Source: a virus (Duplodnaviria; Caudoviricetes). Taken from it: a DNA stretch of 54,324 nt. The position numbers and the translations under genes are program-made. A model generated the notes under the pieces. It saw nothing but the letters and a program-made list of their open reading frames with translations. It searched no databases and was not told the DNA's origin. This document shows, in pieces, positions 40,729-50,000 of the stretch (within the stretch, counting starts at the first letter, position 1; each line of letters opens with the position of its first letter). The DNA lies in IMG/VR virus record IMGVR_UViG_3300037486_000437, positions 1 to 54,324 of that record, one strand, 5' to 3'.

Positions 40729-42390
40729 TCATGCGGCCCGCAGCGGCGCCAGCAGCTCCGCCAGTTGCGGCCAGCCGGGCACGTGCGCGCTGTCCGCCAC
40801 GTGCCAGTATTTCGGTTGACGGATGAAACGCTCCGTGCTGAAGCGCTTCGTCGTCAGGTTGCCCCGGTGCGCCAGATCCACATTCGGCGCGGCCGGCTGG
40901 AAGACCTCGAAATCGTACCAGTTCTGCCACTTCACCCGGCCGTGCGTCATCGGCTCGAAGCCCATCCAATAGCCGAAGTTTTTTTGCTCGATCAGTGCAT
41001 TGCGCTCCCGGAAGTGCGTCAACAGCGGCGCCCGATACGCCACCAGCCCTGCCAGCGGCGTCAGGTCGTAATGCACCGCCAGCCCGTCACTCAGGCGCAC
41101 CTGCCACCAGTGGCCGTTGTACCAGAACGTCTGGCTATCCGGCGGCGTGAATTGGAAGTGCTCCGGCGCATACAGCACGTCGTGCTCACAGAAGAAGATC
41201 ACATCCTCGGTCATGGCCGCCAGCCCCGCCTCGATCTGCCGGAACAGCGTGCGATAGCCCCGCTCCTCCGCCAGTACGATGTTGCGCCCGAAGTCCGTCG
41301 GCTTCAGCGTTACGGACGTGATCGGCAGCCCCGCCGCCGCGATGTACCCCCGGCACAAGCGGGCCAGCCGCATGTTGAGCGCGTTGTCGGTGTAGTAGAG
41401 GATGCCTTTCGTCGGCTCGCCCACAGCCATGACCGCCGGCGCTGCCTCAGCCTCAACCTCAACCTTAGCCTCAGTCTTAGCCTCGCCGGTCTCCGCTGGC
41501 GTCGTCACCCAACCCGGCGGCTGAAACTTGTCGATCAGCCACTGGAATGGATAGATTGCGCCGGGCCAGCCGTCACGCTGGAAGAGCGCTCGGGACCGCT
41601 CCCGATTCTCATCTACCTCGCGCTGCGGCAGCTCATAGGGAAAGCCGAAATCGCCGCCCTGCGTCCTGAAAAGATGGGCATACCAGGTCCTCCGGTTCAC
41701 CAGCACCCGGCCTCCGCTCAGCCACGTCTTACACGCCACTTCGACGCCCTGCTGCCCCCACGAATGGAACTCCTCCGAACAGATGTCCAACGCCCAATAC
41801 TTCGCCCGTGTCACCATGAAACAACTGCCCTGGATGCTCAGCGTCTCGGTCAGGTCGCCGGCTTGCACCCGCCCGAACTCGTTCCAGTATTGGAAGTGCA
41901 ACGTCTCATCGAAGCGGTACGCTGTGCTTTGCGGATTGCGCTTGGGGATCCACACCACATCCTGCACCGTCGCCGCCCCGCACTCCGTGCACGGTCCGCT
42001 CGGCCCCTGGTAGCGGCGGTGGCCGGCCGGGCAGACCCAGTCGAAGGCGTGCAGGTTGCGCATCACCGGCACCATCGTTATGTCGTCCTGCATCAGCGCC
42101 AACAGCTTGCGGTCAAAGCCCTGCTCGAAGGCGCAATGCGCATCGACCTTCATCACGTACCGCGCTGTGGTCAGCCGGCAGAGCTGGTTCGTCATCGCCC
42201 GTTGCCCGATGGACTCCGCCACGTGCAGCAGCGTCACCCGAGGATGATCCTCGATCGGCGGCTCGGCCCAGGCGCCGTCGAGGCCGGCCAGGATCTCGGT
42301 ATCGGCCTCGCTGTGCTCCAAAATGTCTTGGATCGTGCGCGCCAGGAATTGTTCGTTGCGTGCGGGGATCAGAATTGCAAGCTCACTCAT
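40729..42390 (-). CDS. Two-domain glycosyltransferase (ppGalNAc-T-like GT-A plus a second GT-A domain)
   Basis: IPARNE, KVDAHC, WGQQGVEVACKTWLSGG..WYAHLFR; second domain FFCEHDVLY. Confidence 0.85.
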   Translation of the reverse strand: MSELAILIPARNEQFLARTIQDILEHSEADTEILAGLDGAWAEPPIEDHPRVTLLHVAESIGQRAMTNQLCRLTTARYVMKVDAHCAFEQGFDRKLLALMQDDITMVPVMRNLHAFDWVCPAGHRRYQGPSGPCTECGAATVQDVVWIPKRNPQSTAYRFDETLHFQYWNEFGRVQAGDLTETLSIQGSCFMVTRAKYWALDICSEEFHSWGQQGVEVACKTWLSGGRVLVNRRTWYAHLFRTQGGDFGFPYELPQREVDENRERSRALFQRDGWPGAIYPFQWLIDKFQPPGWVTTPAETGEAKTEAKVEVEAEAAPAVMAVGEPTKGILYYTDNALNMRLARLCRGYIAAAGLPITSVTLKPTDFGRNIVLAEERGYRTLFRQIEAGLAAMTEDVIFFCEHDVLYAPEHFQFTPPDSQTFWYNGHWWQVRLSDGLAVHYDLTPLAGLVAYRAPLLTHFRERNALIEQKNFGYWMGFEPMTHGRVKWQNWYDFEVFQPAAPNVDLAHRGNLTTKRFSTERFIRQPKYWHVADSAHVPGWPQLAELLAPLRAA

Positions 42391-43165
42391 AGCTCGCCTC
42401 GCTGCCCAATGACGACACCGGGAACGCGCCCGGCACCAGCTCATCCCCCTTCTGCGCCCGCTCCGCCCGCTGGTGCAGATCGTGAAATAACCCGAATGGG
42501 TTAAGCGCGCCGTTGACGTTGAACCGCCCCAGTGGGAACAGATAGATGTCCGGCCCGGTGTGCAGCGTCTCGCCCCGGTGCGCTTTGTTCCACTTGGCGT
42601 TGAAATAGCAATCATCCCCCTGCCGGCTGGCCGGGTGATAGCCCCGCTCGCACGTCGCCCGGTCATAGCCGCCCAGCGCCAGGAAGTCGCGTCGCGGCAT
42701 GGCCCAGGTGTTGCCGTGCACCGAAGCGTCCAGCCTCTCCCCCACATAGCCCCACTCCGCCAGCGTCGCCCGCTCCTGCCGCAAAGCGCCCTGCGCGTCC
42801 AGGATGCCGATCTGCCGGCGGAAGATCATTTTAGGACCCTGATAATTGCACGCCGCCTCGATGGCCGCCCGACTCAAGATGTGGTCGATGTCCGTCATCA
42901 GCAGAAGCTCGCCGCGCGCCGCCTCCGCCCCCAGGTTGCGCGCTAAGCCCTGCGTCCACGCCAACTGGTTGCCGGTGTGCAGCACGCGCAGCCCCGGCAG
43001 CCGGTAATCCCGCACGTCGAGCGCCGGGCGGCTGCCGTCGTCCACGAAGATGAATTCCACGTCGGCGTCCAGGCCCATGCGCGCCAACCACAGCGCCTGG
43101 CGCCGCACGATCTCGTGGCTGTTGTAGATCGCAATCACCACCGAAAGCAACGGCTCACCGTACAT
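42383..43165 (-). CDS. Glycosyltransferase family 2 (GT7-like C-terminus)
   Basis: SVVIAIYN, VDDGS, ARNLG, TDIDH, LGGYD, GDD. Confidence 0.9.
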   Translation of the reverse strand: MYGEPLLSVVIAIYNSHEIVRRQALWLARMGLDADVEFIFVDDGSRPALDVRDYRLPGLRVLHTGNQLAWTQGLARNLGAEAARGELLLMTDIDHILSRAAIEAACNYQGPKMIFRRQIGILDAQGALRQERATLAEWGYVGERLDASVHGNTWAMPRRDFLALGGYDRATCERGYHPASRQGDDCYFNAKWNKAHRGETLHTGPDIYLFPLGRFNVNGALNPFGLFHDLHQRAERAQKGDELVPGAFPVSSLGSEASYE

Positions 43166-43667
43166 CGGCCAGCTCCCGGAAATTGCTCACCACGCTCGAG
43201 CTCGGATACAGCCCCGTGTAATCGTAGCGGTATTTGAACAGCGGCCAGATCCGGCTATACCCGTATTGCGCATCCCACGCCGGCTCGGTGTCGTGGATCA
43301 CGATCAGATCGGCCAGATAACGCAGCCGGGCGATCTCCACCGGCCGGCGCCGATTCGGGCTATGATCGACGAACGCCAGGCCCCAGTGATACTCAGTCAG
43401 ATCCACCGCGTCCCACGCTTCGCACTTGCGGATGTGATGATACTCGCTCTGCCAGCGTTGCGCCCGCTCGCACCAGCCACCCCGGCTCTCATACGAATAC
43501 ACGTGCCGCTGGCTGACCGTCGCCAGCCAGTGCAGCAGCAGCGTCGAAAAGTAGCCCGTGCCCAGCTCCAGCACCGGCCCCTGGCTTTTGTCGAAACAGC
43601 GCGTCAGCAGCGGGATATGGCTCGCCACCATCACGCCATCGGTCACATGCTCAGCGGGGTCTGCCAC
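43155..43667 (-). CDS. Class I SAM-dependent (glycan) methyltransferase
   Basis: VLELGTGYFST, AFVDH, IVIHDT; GGAGG RBS. Confidence 0.75.
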   Translation of the reverse strand: MADPAEHVTDGVMVASHIPLLTRCFDKSQGPVLELGTGYFSTLLLHWLATVSQRHVYSYESRGGWCERAQRWQSEYHHIRKCEAWDAVDLTEYHWGLAFVDHSPNRRRPVEIARLRYLADLIVIHDTEPAWDAQYGYSRIWPLFKYRYDYTGLYPSSSVVSNFRELADVR

Positions 43668-44347
43668 AATGCCTCCATCTGGGCCGCCGTGCCCCAATAC
43701 GGAATCTCGGTCGCCTGAAACGCCCCGAGCTGCTTGCGGTTGCCGGTATACTGGTAGCCGATGGCCGCCTCGTGAAACACCACCACATGCGGCTCCGGCG
43801 CCTCGAACGCGACCAGCCGCCGCGGTGTCACGCCCAGGCGCTGCTCGTGCCGCCCCACCTCGCTCCAGTGCCCCAGGTTGATCTGCGCAGCGTCCGGGTA
43901 TTTGGCGAAACGCTCCTCCAGCGCCGCCTGCAGCAGCGCCGTCGGCGCAATGCCGCCCGTGGTTGGCCACTTGACCGCCGGATGGTTGAAGCACGCCGGC
44001 CACCACGTGAACCAGGCCCACTTGTGCATGTCGTAGCCGATGGCGTCGGCCGGCGGCCGCCAGCAGGTGAAGTGGCTCGGCGGATACAGGATGTCATCCT
44101 CCGCCAGCGCCACGTATGGCGTGCGCACCGCCCGCACGCCGATCAACTGCTGCCGATAGATGTTGATGTACTGCTGCCCGATCTCGCCGACGCAGATGTT
44201 CTCGCCGAAGCCCGGCAGCGGCTTCTGTGACACGCTCACCAGCGGCAGATCGCCAATGGCCCCCAAGAGCTTCTGGCGCACCAGCGCCCCGAACGGCTCT
44301 CGGATCACGTTGGCCGTGTAGTAAAGCACCGTGAGATCAGGCGTCAT
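43643..44347 (-). CDS. GT-A fold glycosyltransferase
   Basis: VLYYTAN, ALAEDDILYPPSHF; resembles the second domain of 40729-42390. Confidence 0.75.
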   Translation of the reverse strand: MTPDLTVLYYTANVIREPFGALVRQKLLGAIGDLPLVSVSQKPLPGFGENICVGEIGQQYINIYRQQLIGVRAVRTPYVALAEDDILYPPSHFTCWRPPADAIGYDMHKWAWFTWWPACFNHPAVKWPTTGGIAPTALLQAALEERFAKYPDAAQINLGHWSEVGRHEQRLGVTPRRLVAFEAPEPHVVVFHEAAIGYQYTGNRKQLGAFQATEIPYWGTAAQMEALWQTPLSM

Positions 44348-44361
44348 CTACCCATTTCTCC

Positions 44362-44481
44362 ATCTAACGTCTGAAATAAGCTGCCCGTCACACTTCCAGC
44401 AATACGGGCTGCGGCCCATCCGGGGAATCAACTTCGCTACGGGCTGCCCCTGTTCGGGTCAGCTTCATTTCTTGGTTATCC
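44362..44481 (-). mobile_element. attC: attC site A (120 bp)
   Basis: Minus strand R'' GGATAAC-5 nt-L'' AATGAAGC ... L' GCTTATT-6 nt-R' GTTAGAT; two extrahelical bases. Confidence 0.85.
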
Positions 44482-45212
44482 GTCAGAGGAGGTTGGAGCC
44501 GAGCCTTCCGGCACCGTTCCTCAGCAATCTCGAAGTAATCCCGCCTGAGTTCGATCCCCGTCCCGCTGCGTCCCGTCTTGATGCAGGCGACCAGCGTCGT
44601 GCCGCTGCCCATTGTGTTGTCAAGCACGGCGTCGCCTTCGTTCGTGTACGTGCGAAGCAGGTATTCCAGCAGGGCGACCGGCTTCTGTGTTGGATGTTCG
44701 GGAATCATGACCGTCGAAAACGGAACTATTGAAGTCGGGTAGTAGTCGGCGTTTTCGGTGGTTTGACGATCCGCAAACTTTCCGTAAACTTGGGCGGGGC
44801 CAGTCCTGGCCCCGCCCCGGCTGTGCAGCGTGCCCCGTTTCATCACCGGGTTGTAGGTGTGTCCATTGGGTGCGAACACGCAAATATCCTCATGCTTCTT
44901 CAATGGCTTACGCTTGCAATCCAGATGGCCCGTGGCCCGTGACTTCTCCCAAACCCAAACATACTTGAACCACGCCAGGTTACTGCATACCAGTAGGCTG
45001 GTGAACGGCTGCGAGCCGAACAGCACGATAGCGCCCCTGGGCTTGATCAGCCGCTTGTACTCCGCCCATAGCGGCTCGAATGGGATGACCACATCCCAGG
45101 AGCACGCCGTCGTGCCGTAGGGCAAGTCAGCACAGATCATGTCAAAGCTCGCGCTCGGCAAGGTTGGCATGACTTGCAGACAATTCCCATGAATCAGTGT
45201 CTCGTTACTCAC
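44388..45212 (-). CDS. Beta-class N6-A/N4-C DNA methyltransferase (cassette 1)
   Basis: ADLPY, HPTQKP, VLDNTMGSGTT; GTG 45212 chosen (alternative start 45254). Confidence 0.9.
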   Translation of the reverse strand: MSNETLIHGNCLQVMPTLPSASFDMICADLPYGTTACSWDVVIPFEPLWAEYKRLIKPRGAIVLFGSQPFTSLLVCSNLAWFKYVWVWEKSRATGHLDCKRKPLKKHEDICVFAPNGHTYNPVMKRGTLHSRGGARTGPAQVYGKFADRQTTENADYYPTSIVPFSTVMIPEHPTQKPVALLEYLLRTYTNEGDAVLDNTMGSGTTLVACIKTGRSGTGIELRRDYFEIAEERCRKARLQPPLTDNQEMKLTRTGAARSEVDSPDGPQPVLLEV

Positions 45213-45224
45213 GTTGCCTCTGCC

Positions 45225-45344
45225 GGATAACGGTTGAAATAAGCTGCCCGTCACCCAACCGGCAAGACGAACAGCGGCCCATCCGGGGAGTCAACTTCGC
45301 TGCGAGAGAACCCACTTCGGGTCAGCTTCATTTCGTTGTTAGAT
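45225..45344 (-). mobile_element. attC: attC site B (120 bp)
   Basis: Minus strand R'' ATCTAAC-5 nt-AATGAAGC ... GCTTATT-6 nt-R' GTTATCC; arms identical to attC A. Confidence 0.85.
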
Positions 45345-46141
45345 CGGAGCGGCAATTGAAGCGCAGTTCCAGCAATACGACCCCTGGCATTCTCGAAGAA
45401 CCTGCGATTGATTTCGCACCCGATGAAATCCCTGCCAGTGCGAACGGCTGCAACTCCGGTAGACCCCGACCCCATGAAACAATCCAGCACAACGGGAATC
45501 CTGGCGCCATCTTTCAGGCAAGTGAACATCTGGATAAGACGCTGCGGTATCTCGACCGGGAACGCTGCCGGATGCCCGTTCTGCCGGGCGGGAACGTTCC
45601 ACCAAACGTCTTTGGTCTCATCCAGGAAGGGCACGTCCTTCGTGCCCCGCCTGCCCGTGCCGTTGTCGTAGTAGTATCTGCTTTTGCTGTGAAGTAGGAT
45701 CATTTCACAGGTTGGGCGAACATAGATATTGTTATCAGACCCCATGGCGTAGGACGTTGCTATCGGCCCGGTATCCTCTTTGCCCTTTACCCAGACAATC
45801 GCTTCTCGTGGCAAGAATCCAAGTCGCTCACACATAAGCTCGACCCGAACGGCGATCTTTTCAACCCGTCTCCCGATCTGTTCGATGGAGTCACGGCGTA
45901 ACCGAACCTCCTTCGGAACATTGATGGCAATGACCCCGCCGTCTCGCAGAAGGCGATAGCTCAGCGTCAAGAATCGCTCCATCTCGGCGTAGTAGGTCGG
46001 CCAGTCGGTGTCATCGGAAAGCTCTCCGTAGTCCATGCCAACGTTGTAGCGCGGCGATGTTACGATCAGGTCGACGCTGGCTTCTGGCAGGCGTGCCATG
46101 ACATCGAAAGCATCCTCGTTGTACAGTGTCACGTTACCCAC
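45251..46141 (-). CDS. Beta-class (probably N4-C) DNA methyltransferase (cassette 2)
   Basis: TSPRY (SPPY variant), HPAAFP, VLDCFMGSGSTG. Confidence 0.88.
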   Translation of the reverse strand: MGNVTLYNEDAFDVMARLPEASVDLIVTSPRYNVGMDYGELSDDTDWPTYYAEMERFLTLSYRLLRDGGVIAINVPKEVRLRRDSIEQIGRRVEKIAVRVELMCERLGFLPREAIVWVKGKEDTGPIATSYAMGSDNNIYVRPTCEMILLHSKSRYYYDNGTGRRGTKDVPFLDETKDVWWNVPARQNGHPAAFPVEIPQRLIQMFTCLKDGARIPVVLDCFMGSGSTGVAAVRTGRDFIGCEINRRFFENARGRIAGTALQLPLRSNNEMKLTRSGFSRSEVDSPDGPLFVLPVG

Positions 46142-46151
46142 GATCTAAGCT

Positions 46152-46197
46152 CCGGTCTAACTTGTATTTATGCGGAATGGATTCCGCATAAACGCCC
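46152..46197 (-). mobile_element. attI-like site heading the cassette array
   Basis: Minus strand GCATAAA-TACAA-GTTAGAC (compare attI1 CCCTAAA-ACAAA-GTTAGGC) plus a 12-bp inverted repeat. Confidence 0.7.
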
Positions 46198-46216
46198 GTA
46201 GAGCGTCAAAAGCGGA

Positions 46217-47077
46217 TCAGCCATACAGCCTCCGCTCCCAGTCGTCAGGCCAGCCCGGTATCGGCCAGAAGCGCTCGATGAACTTCTCGAAGAACACCCG
46301 CCGCTCGTGCACCCACAGATTGTAGGCGTAGGCGTTGCAGGCGTGCACCGACGCATTGCTCATGTAGTAGCCCCGCCCGTACTTGGGCCCCTTGTGCAGG
46401 TGGGCATACCAGGTCAACTTGTTGGTCAGCACGCGCCCGCCGTGATACCAGGTGCTCAGCCCGATCTCCTCCGCCTCCTGGCCCCACCCGCTATACCCCT
46501 CGATCTGCATGAAGCCGCAACGCGCAAACCAGCTTTTCGCCATGAACCAGCAGCTTCCCTGGAAGTGCATCGTCTCGTCAATTGGGATCTCGGCCCGTTC
46601 GAGCGTGCGGGCGTCCCAGCGGAAGCCGTGCAGCCCCAGCGGATTGAACTTCAACGGAAACATGGTGTGCTCGTAGTCGATCGGCGGCCGGTCGTCGCTC
46701 TGCGTCTGCAGGCACCAGTTCTCGGCGTCCAGGCGATGCCGGCGGGGGATCATCACGCTGTCCGGCTCGTAGTTGTCCGCCAGCACCACGTCGAAGCCCT
46801 CCGCCACCAGGCAGTGCGCATCCAGCGCCATGATGTACGGCCCATCGGCCAGTTCGACCGCCCAATTGATGGCGTGGCGCTTCTGGGTGGTGCTCTGCGC
46901 CGGCAGGTGCAGATAGGTCAGCCGGGGATCGTCGATGACCTCCGCCGCCGGCAGCTCGTAGCCGTCGAGCATGGCGTACACGGCGATGTCGCCGCGCGCC
47001 TTGGCCAGCACATCGCGCAGTGTCGCCGTCAAAAACTGTTCGTTGCGACTGGGTACGATCACCGTCACCTGGCTCAT
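46217..47077 (-). CDS. Glycosyltransferase, ppGalNAc-T (GT27)-like GT-A
   Basis: VIVPSRNE, ALDAHC, WGQEAEEIGLSTWYHGG..WYAHLHK. Confidence 0.85.
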   Translation of the reverse strand: MSQVTVIVPSRNEQFLTATLRDVLAKARGDIAVYAMLDGYELPAAEVIDDPRLTYLHLPAQSTTQKRHAINWAVELADGPYIMALDAHCLVAEGFDVVLADNYEPDSVMIPRRHRLDAENWCLQTQSDDRPPIDYEHTMFPLKFNPLGLHGFRWDARTLERAEIPIDETMHFQGSCWFMAKSWFARCGFMQIEGYSGWGQEAEEIGLSTWYHGGRVLTNKLTWYAHLHKGPKYGRGYYMSNASVHACNAYAYNLWVHERRVFFEKFIERFWPIPGWPDDWERRLYG

Positions 47078-47078
47078 C

Positions 47079-50000
47079 TCACGCTCCAATTCTTATTTCG
47101 TAGGCGAGGGCAGATTTTAGCAATTCAAACTGCGCCGGGTCCAACGGCACGCCGCCGCCGGCTTGCCCCGTGAACTCCACCACCACCCGCCGCTCGCTCG
47201 TCACCGTGTAGCTGCCGCCCAGCAGCCCCGCCAGCCCCGGCTCCACCGCCAGCGCCAACTGGCGCGCTGCCGCCTGCACCTCGGCGGTCGCCCCCAACAG
47301 GCCCAGCGCCATGCCGTGCCCGATGGCGCTGCCCAGTCCCTCGCCCAGGCTCTCGGCATCCCCGCCGCCGCCCAGACCGCCGGCAATCGACTGCATGACC
47401 GCCGCCACATAATCCAGGAAGTCCTGGAACTGCGCCATGCTGGGCAGCCCGTGCTCGCCCAACGCCGTGAACAGATTCAGCGCCCGCTCCAGCACGCCGA
47501 ACACCTGTTCGAGCGCCGTCCCAAACTCCGCCGCCGTCGGGAGCCAACTTACGAGATCCTCCTGCGCCACGTATTCCCGCCAGGCGTGCAGCGTGCCCGA
47601 GATGCGTTCGATCAGATCCGCCATGCGAATCTTGAAGGTCAGCGCCGAGCTGGCCGCGCCGTCGGTGAGCTGCTTGACCACGCCCAACGCCGTGCCCAGC
47701 ATCCCGAACACCCCGCCGGCCGCCGTCGCAAACGCTGTAGTCGCCGCGGTAGCGGCCTGGACACCGGCGCCCGCCGCATAGGTCTGGATCAGGTTATACG
47801 CGTAGGTCACGGAGTCCAGGAAGCCCTGGATGCGGCTGTTGAGCACCGGGATATAGCTCTGCAGATCCTTGAAGACGCTGACCGCATTCGCCAGCCCGCC
47901 GAACAGCGCGCCCGCCGCCGTGCCGAAGAAGCCGGCCGCCTTGGCCGCCTCCTCGGTCAGATTGCCCGCCGCCCACGTCGCCAACTGCCCCACAAGCGCC
48001 TCAACATCGGCCATGAAGCGGCTCAGCGCGTCCTCGGTCGGTCCGACATACTCTACTACGCCGCGCAAGGCGGTCAGCGCACTGCCCAGCCCGTTGAACA
48101 AATGCGCCGTGGCTGCCCCGAAATCCTGCGCCGCTTTGACCAGCGCCTCGGTCAGGTTGCCCGCCGCCCAGGTCGCCAGCTGGCCCACCAGCCGGCCCAC
48201 ATCGGCCACGAAGGCATCGACCGCCAGCGCCGCCGGCGCCACATAATCTCCGAGCGCCGTCAACGCCTCGACGCCTGACTTGACGATGCCCAGCGCCGGC
48301 CCCGCCGCGGTCGCCAGCTTGGCTGCCGCCGCCAGCAGCTCGTCGGTGATCAGCGCGGAGGCCGTGCCGAGCAAATTCACCAGCCGCTTGATGAACGTCA
48401 CCAACTGCTGCAGGCTCTTGTCCACCGCATTGAGGCTGGCCAGCGGCACATAATCCTTGATTGCCACCAGCGCGTCGACGCCTGACTTGACGATGCCCAG
48501 CGCCGACCCCGCCGCCGCCAGCTTTTGCGCCGCGGTCAGCACGTCCTCGGTGATCATCGCGGAGGCCGTGCCGAGCAAATTCACCAGCCGCTTGATGAAC
48601 GTCACCAACTGTTGCAGGCTCACATCGACTGCGTTGAGGCTGGGCAGTGGCACGTATTCACGTACTGCGCCGATGGCGTCCAGCGCCGTTTTTACCAGCG
48701 CCAACGCCGGCCCGGCTGCATCCACCAGCCGCTTGGCCCCCGCCAGCACATCCAGCGCCAACGTGGCTCCGCATTGGCCCAACCAGTCGACGAGCACCCT
48801 GAGAAAACTCCCGATCTGCATGGTGTTGAGATGCAGGATGCCAAACGCCTGCGGACTCAGCCTAACATAAGCGCCGAGCGTCTCGATCATCCTTAGCGTC
48901 AACCAGATCACGTCCAACGCTGGCCCGGCAGCTTCCACCAACCGTTGCGCTGCCGCCAGCACACCCACCTTGAACGCGGCGCTGGCCTGCCCCAGCCAGT
49001 TGATGAGCAACGATAGGAAGTTGGCAATCTGGTTGGTGTTAAGATACAAAAGCAGAAACGCCTGCGGACTCAGTCGGACATACGCGCCTATGTCACCGAT
49101 CGCATCAATGGCCGTTTTGACCAGCGCCAACGCTGGCCCGACCGCTTCCACCAACCGTTGCGCAGCTTCGAGTAAACTCGCTGCCAATCTGGCCCCGTTC
49201 TGCCCCAGCCAGTTGATGAGCAACGATATGAAGTTGGCAATCTGGTTGGTGTTGAGATACAAAAGCAGAAACGCCTGCGGACTCAGTCGGACATACGCGC
49301 CTATGTCACCGATCGCATCCAGGGCGTCGCCGACGATCGCCAGCACCGGCCCCACGCTCTCCGCAAGCTGGATGGCTGCCGCGCGCAGTTCATCATCCAC
49401 CAACGCGGCCGCTTCGCCCACTACCGTTACCAGTTGAGCAATAAACGCGCCCACCCGCCGCAACTGCGCAATGTCAGGAATTACAAAGCCGCGCAGCAGG
49501 CGCTCGCTCAGGCTCAGCGCGCCGTCGATCGTCTCTAGCAGCGTCGGCACGGCCGCCAAGCCTTCGGCCAGCAGCCCCAGCACCCGCGCTAAATCCAGCG
49601 CATCCGTCAGTGCGGCGGGATCCAGCGTCCGATTCAGCTCCGCCAGCTTGCCGATGACCACTTTGAGCGCCTCGATCACGCGCGCGGCCCCCGCCTGCGT
49701 TTTGGCCAGCGCCGTGTCGTAGGCCGCCAGCGCCGTTACAGCGTCGAGCACCGGGACCAGGCTTTCGAGCATCTCGCCCAGCGGGGCCAGCACCGCCTTC
49801 GCACCCCCGAAGCCGTGCGCCGGATCCGCCGCCCAGCCGGATAGCTCGGCGAAGCCGCGCACGATGGCCTTAACGCTTTCGAGCAGCGGCGCAATTTTCG
49901 CCGCCAGGTTGGCCCGGGGTACAAATTCTGCCAGGGCATCCAGCCCCTCCAGGATGCCCTGCAGATCGGTCAGCATGTCGCTCAGTGGCTCCAGCACCGC

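Noticed and set aside
44388-46141. Complete restriction-modification system
   Set aside because: No endonuclease ORF nearby; both methyltransferases are orphan cassettes.
46152-46197. dif/Xer site
   Set aside because: ATTCCGCATAA resembles a XerC arm, but there is no TTATGTTAAA XerD arm, and the GTTRRRY box matches the cassette boundary, favouring attI.
48340-49320. Long near-identical DNA repeats in the tape measure gene
   Set aside because: Ordinary internal duplications of tape measure repeats.
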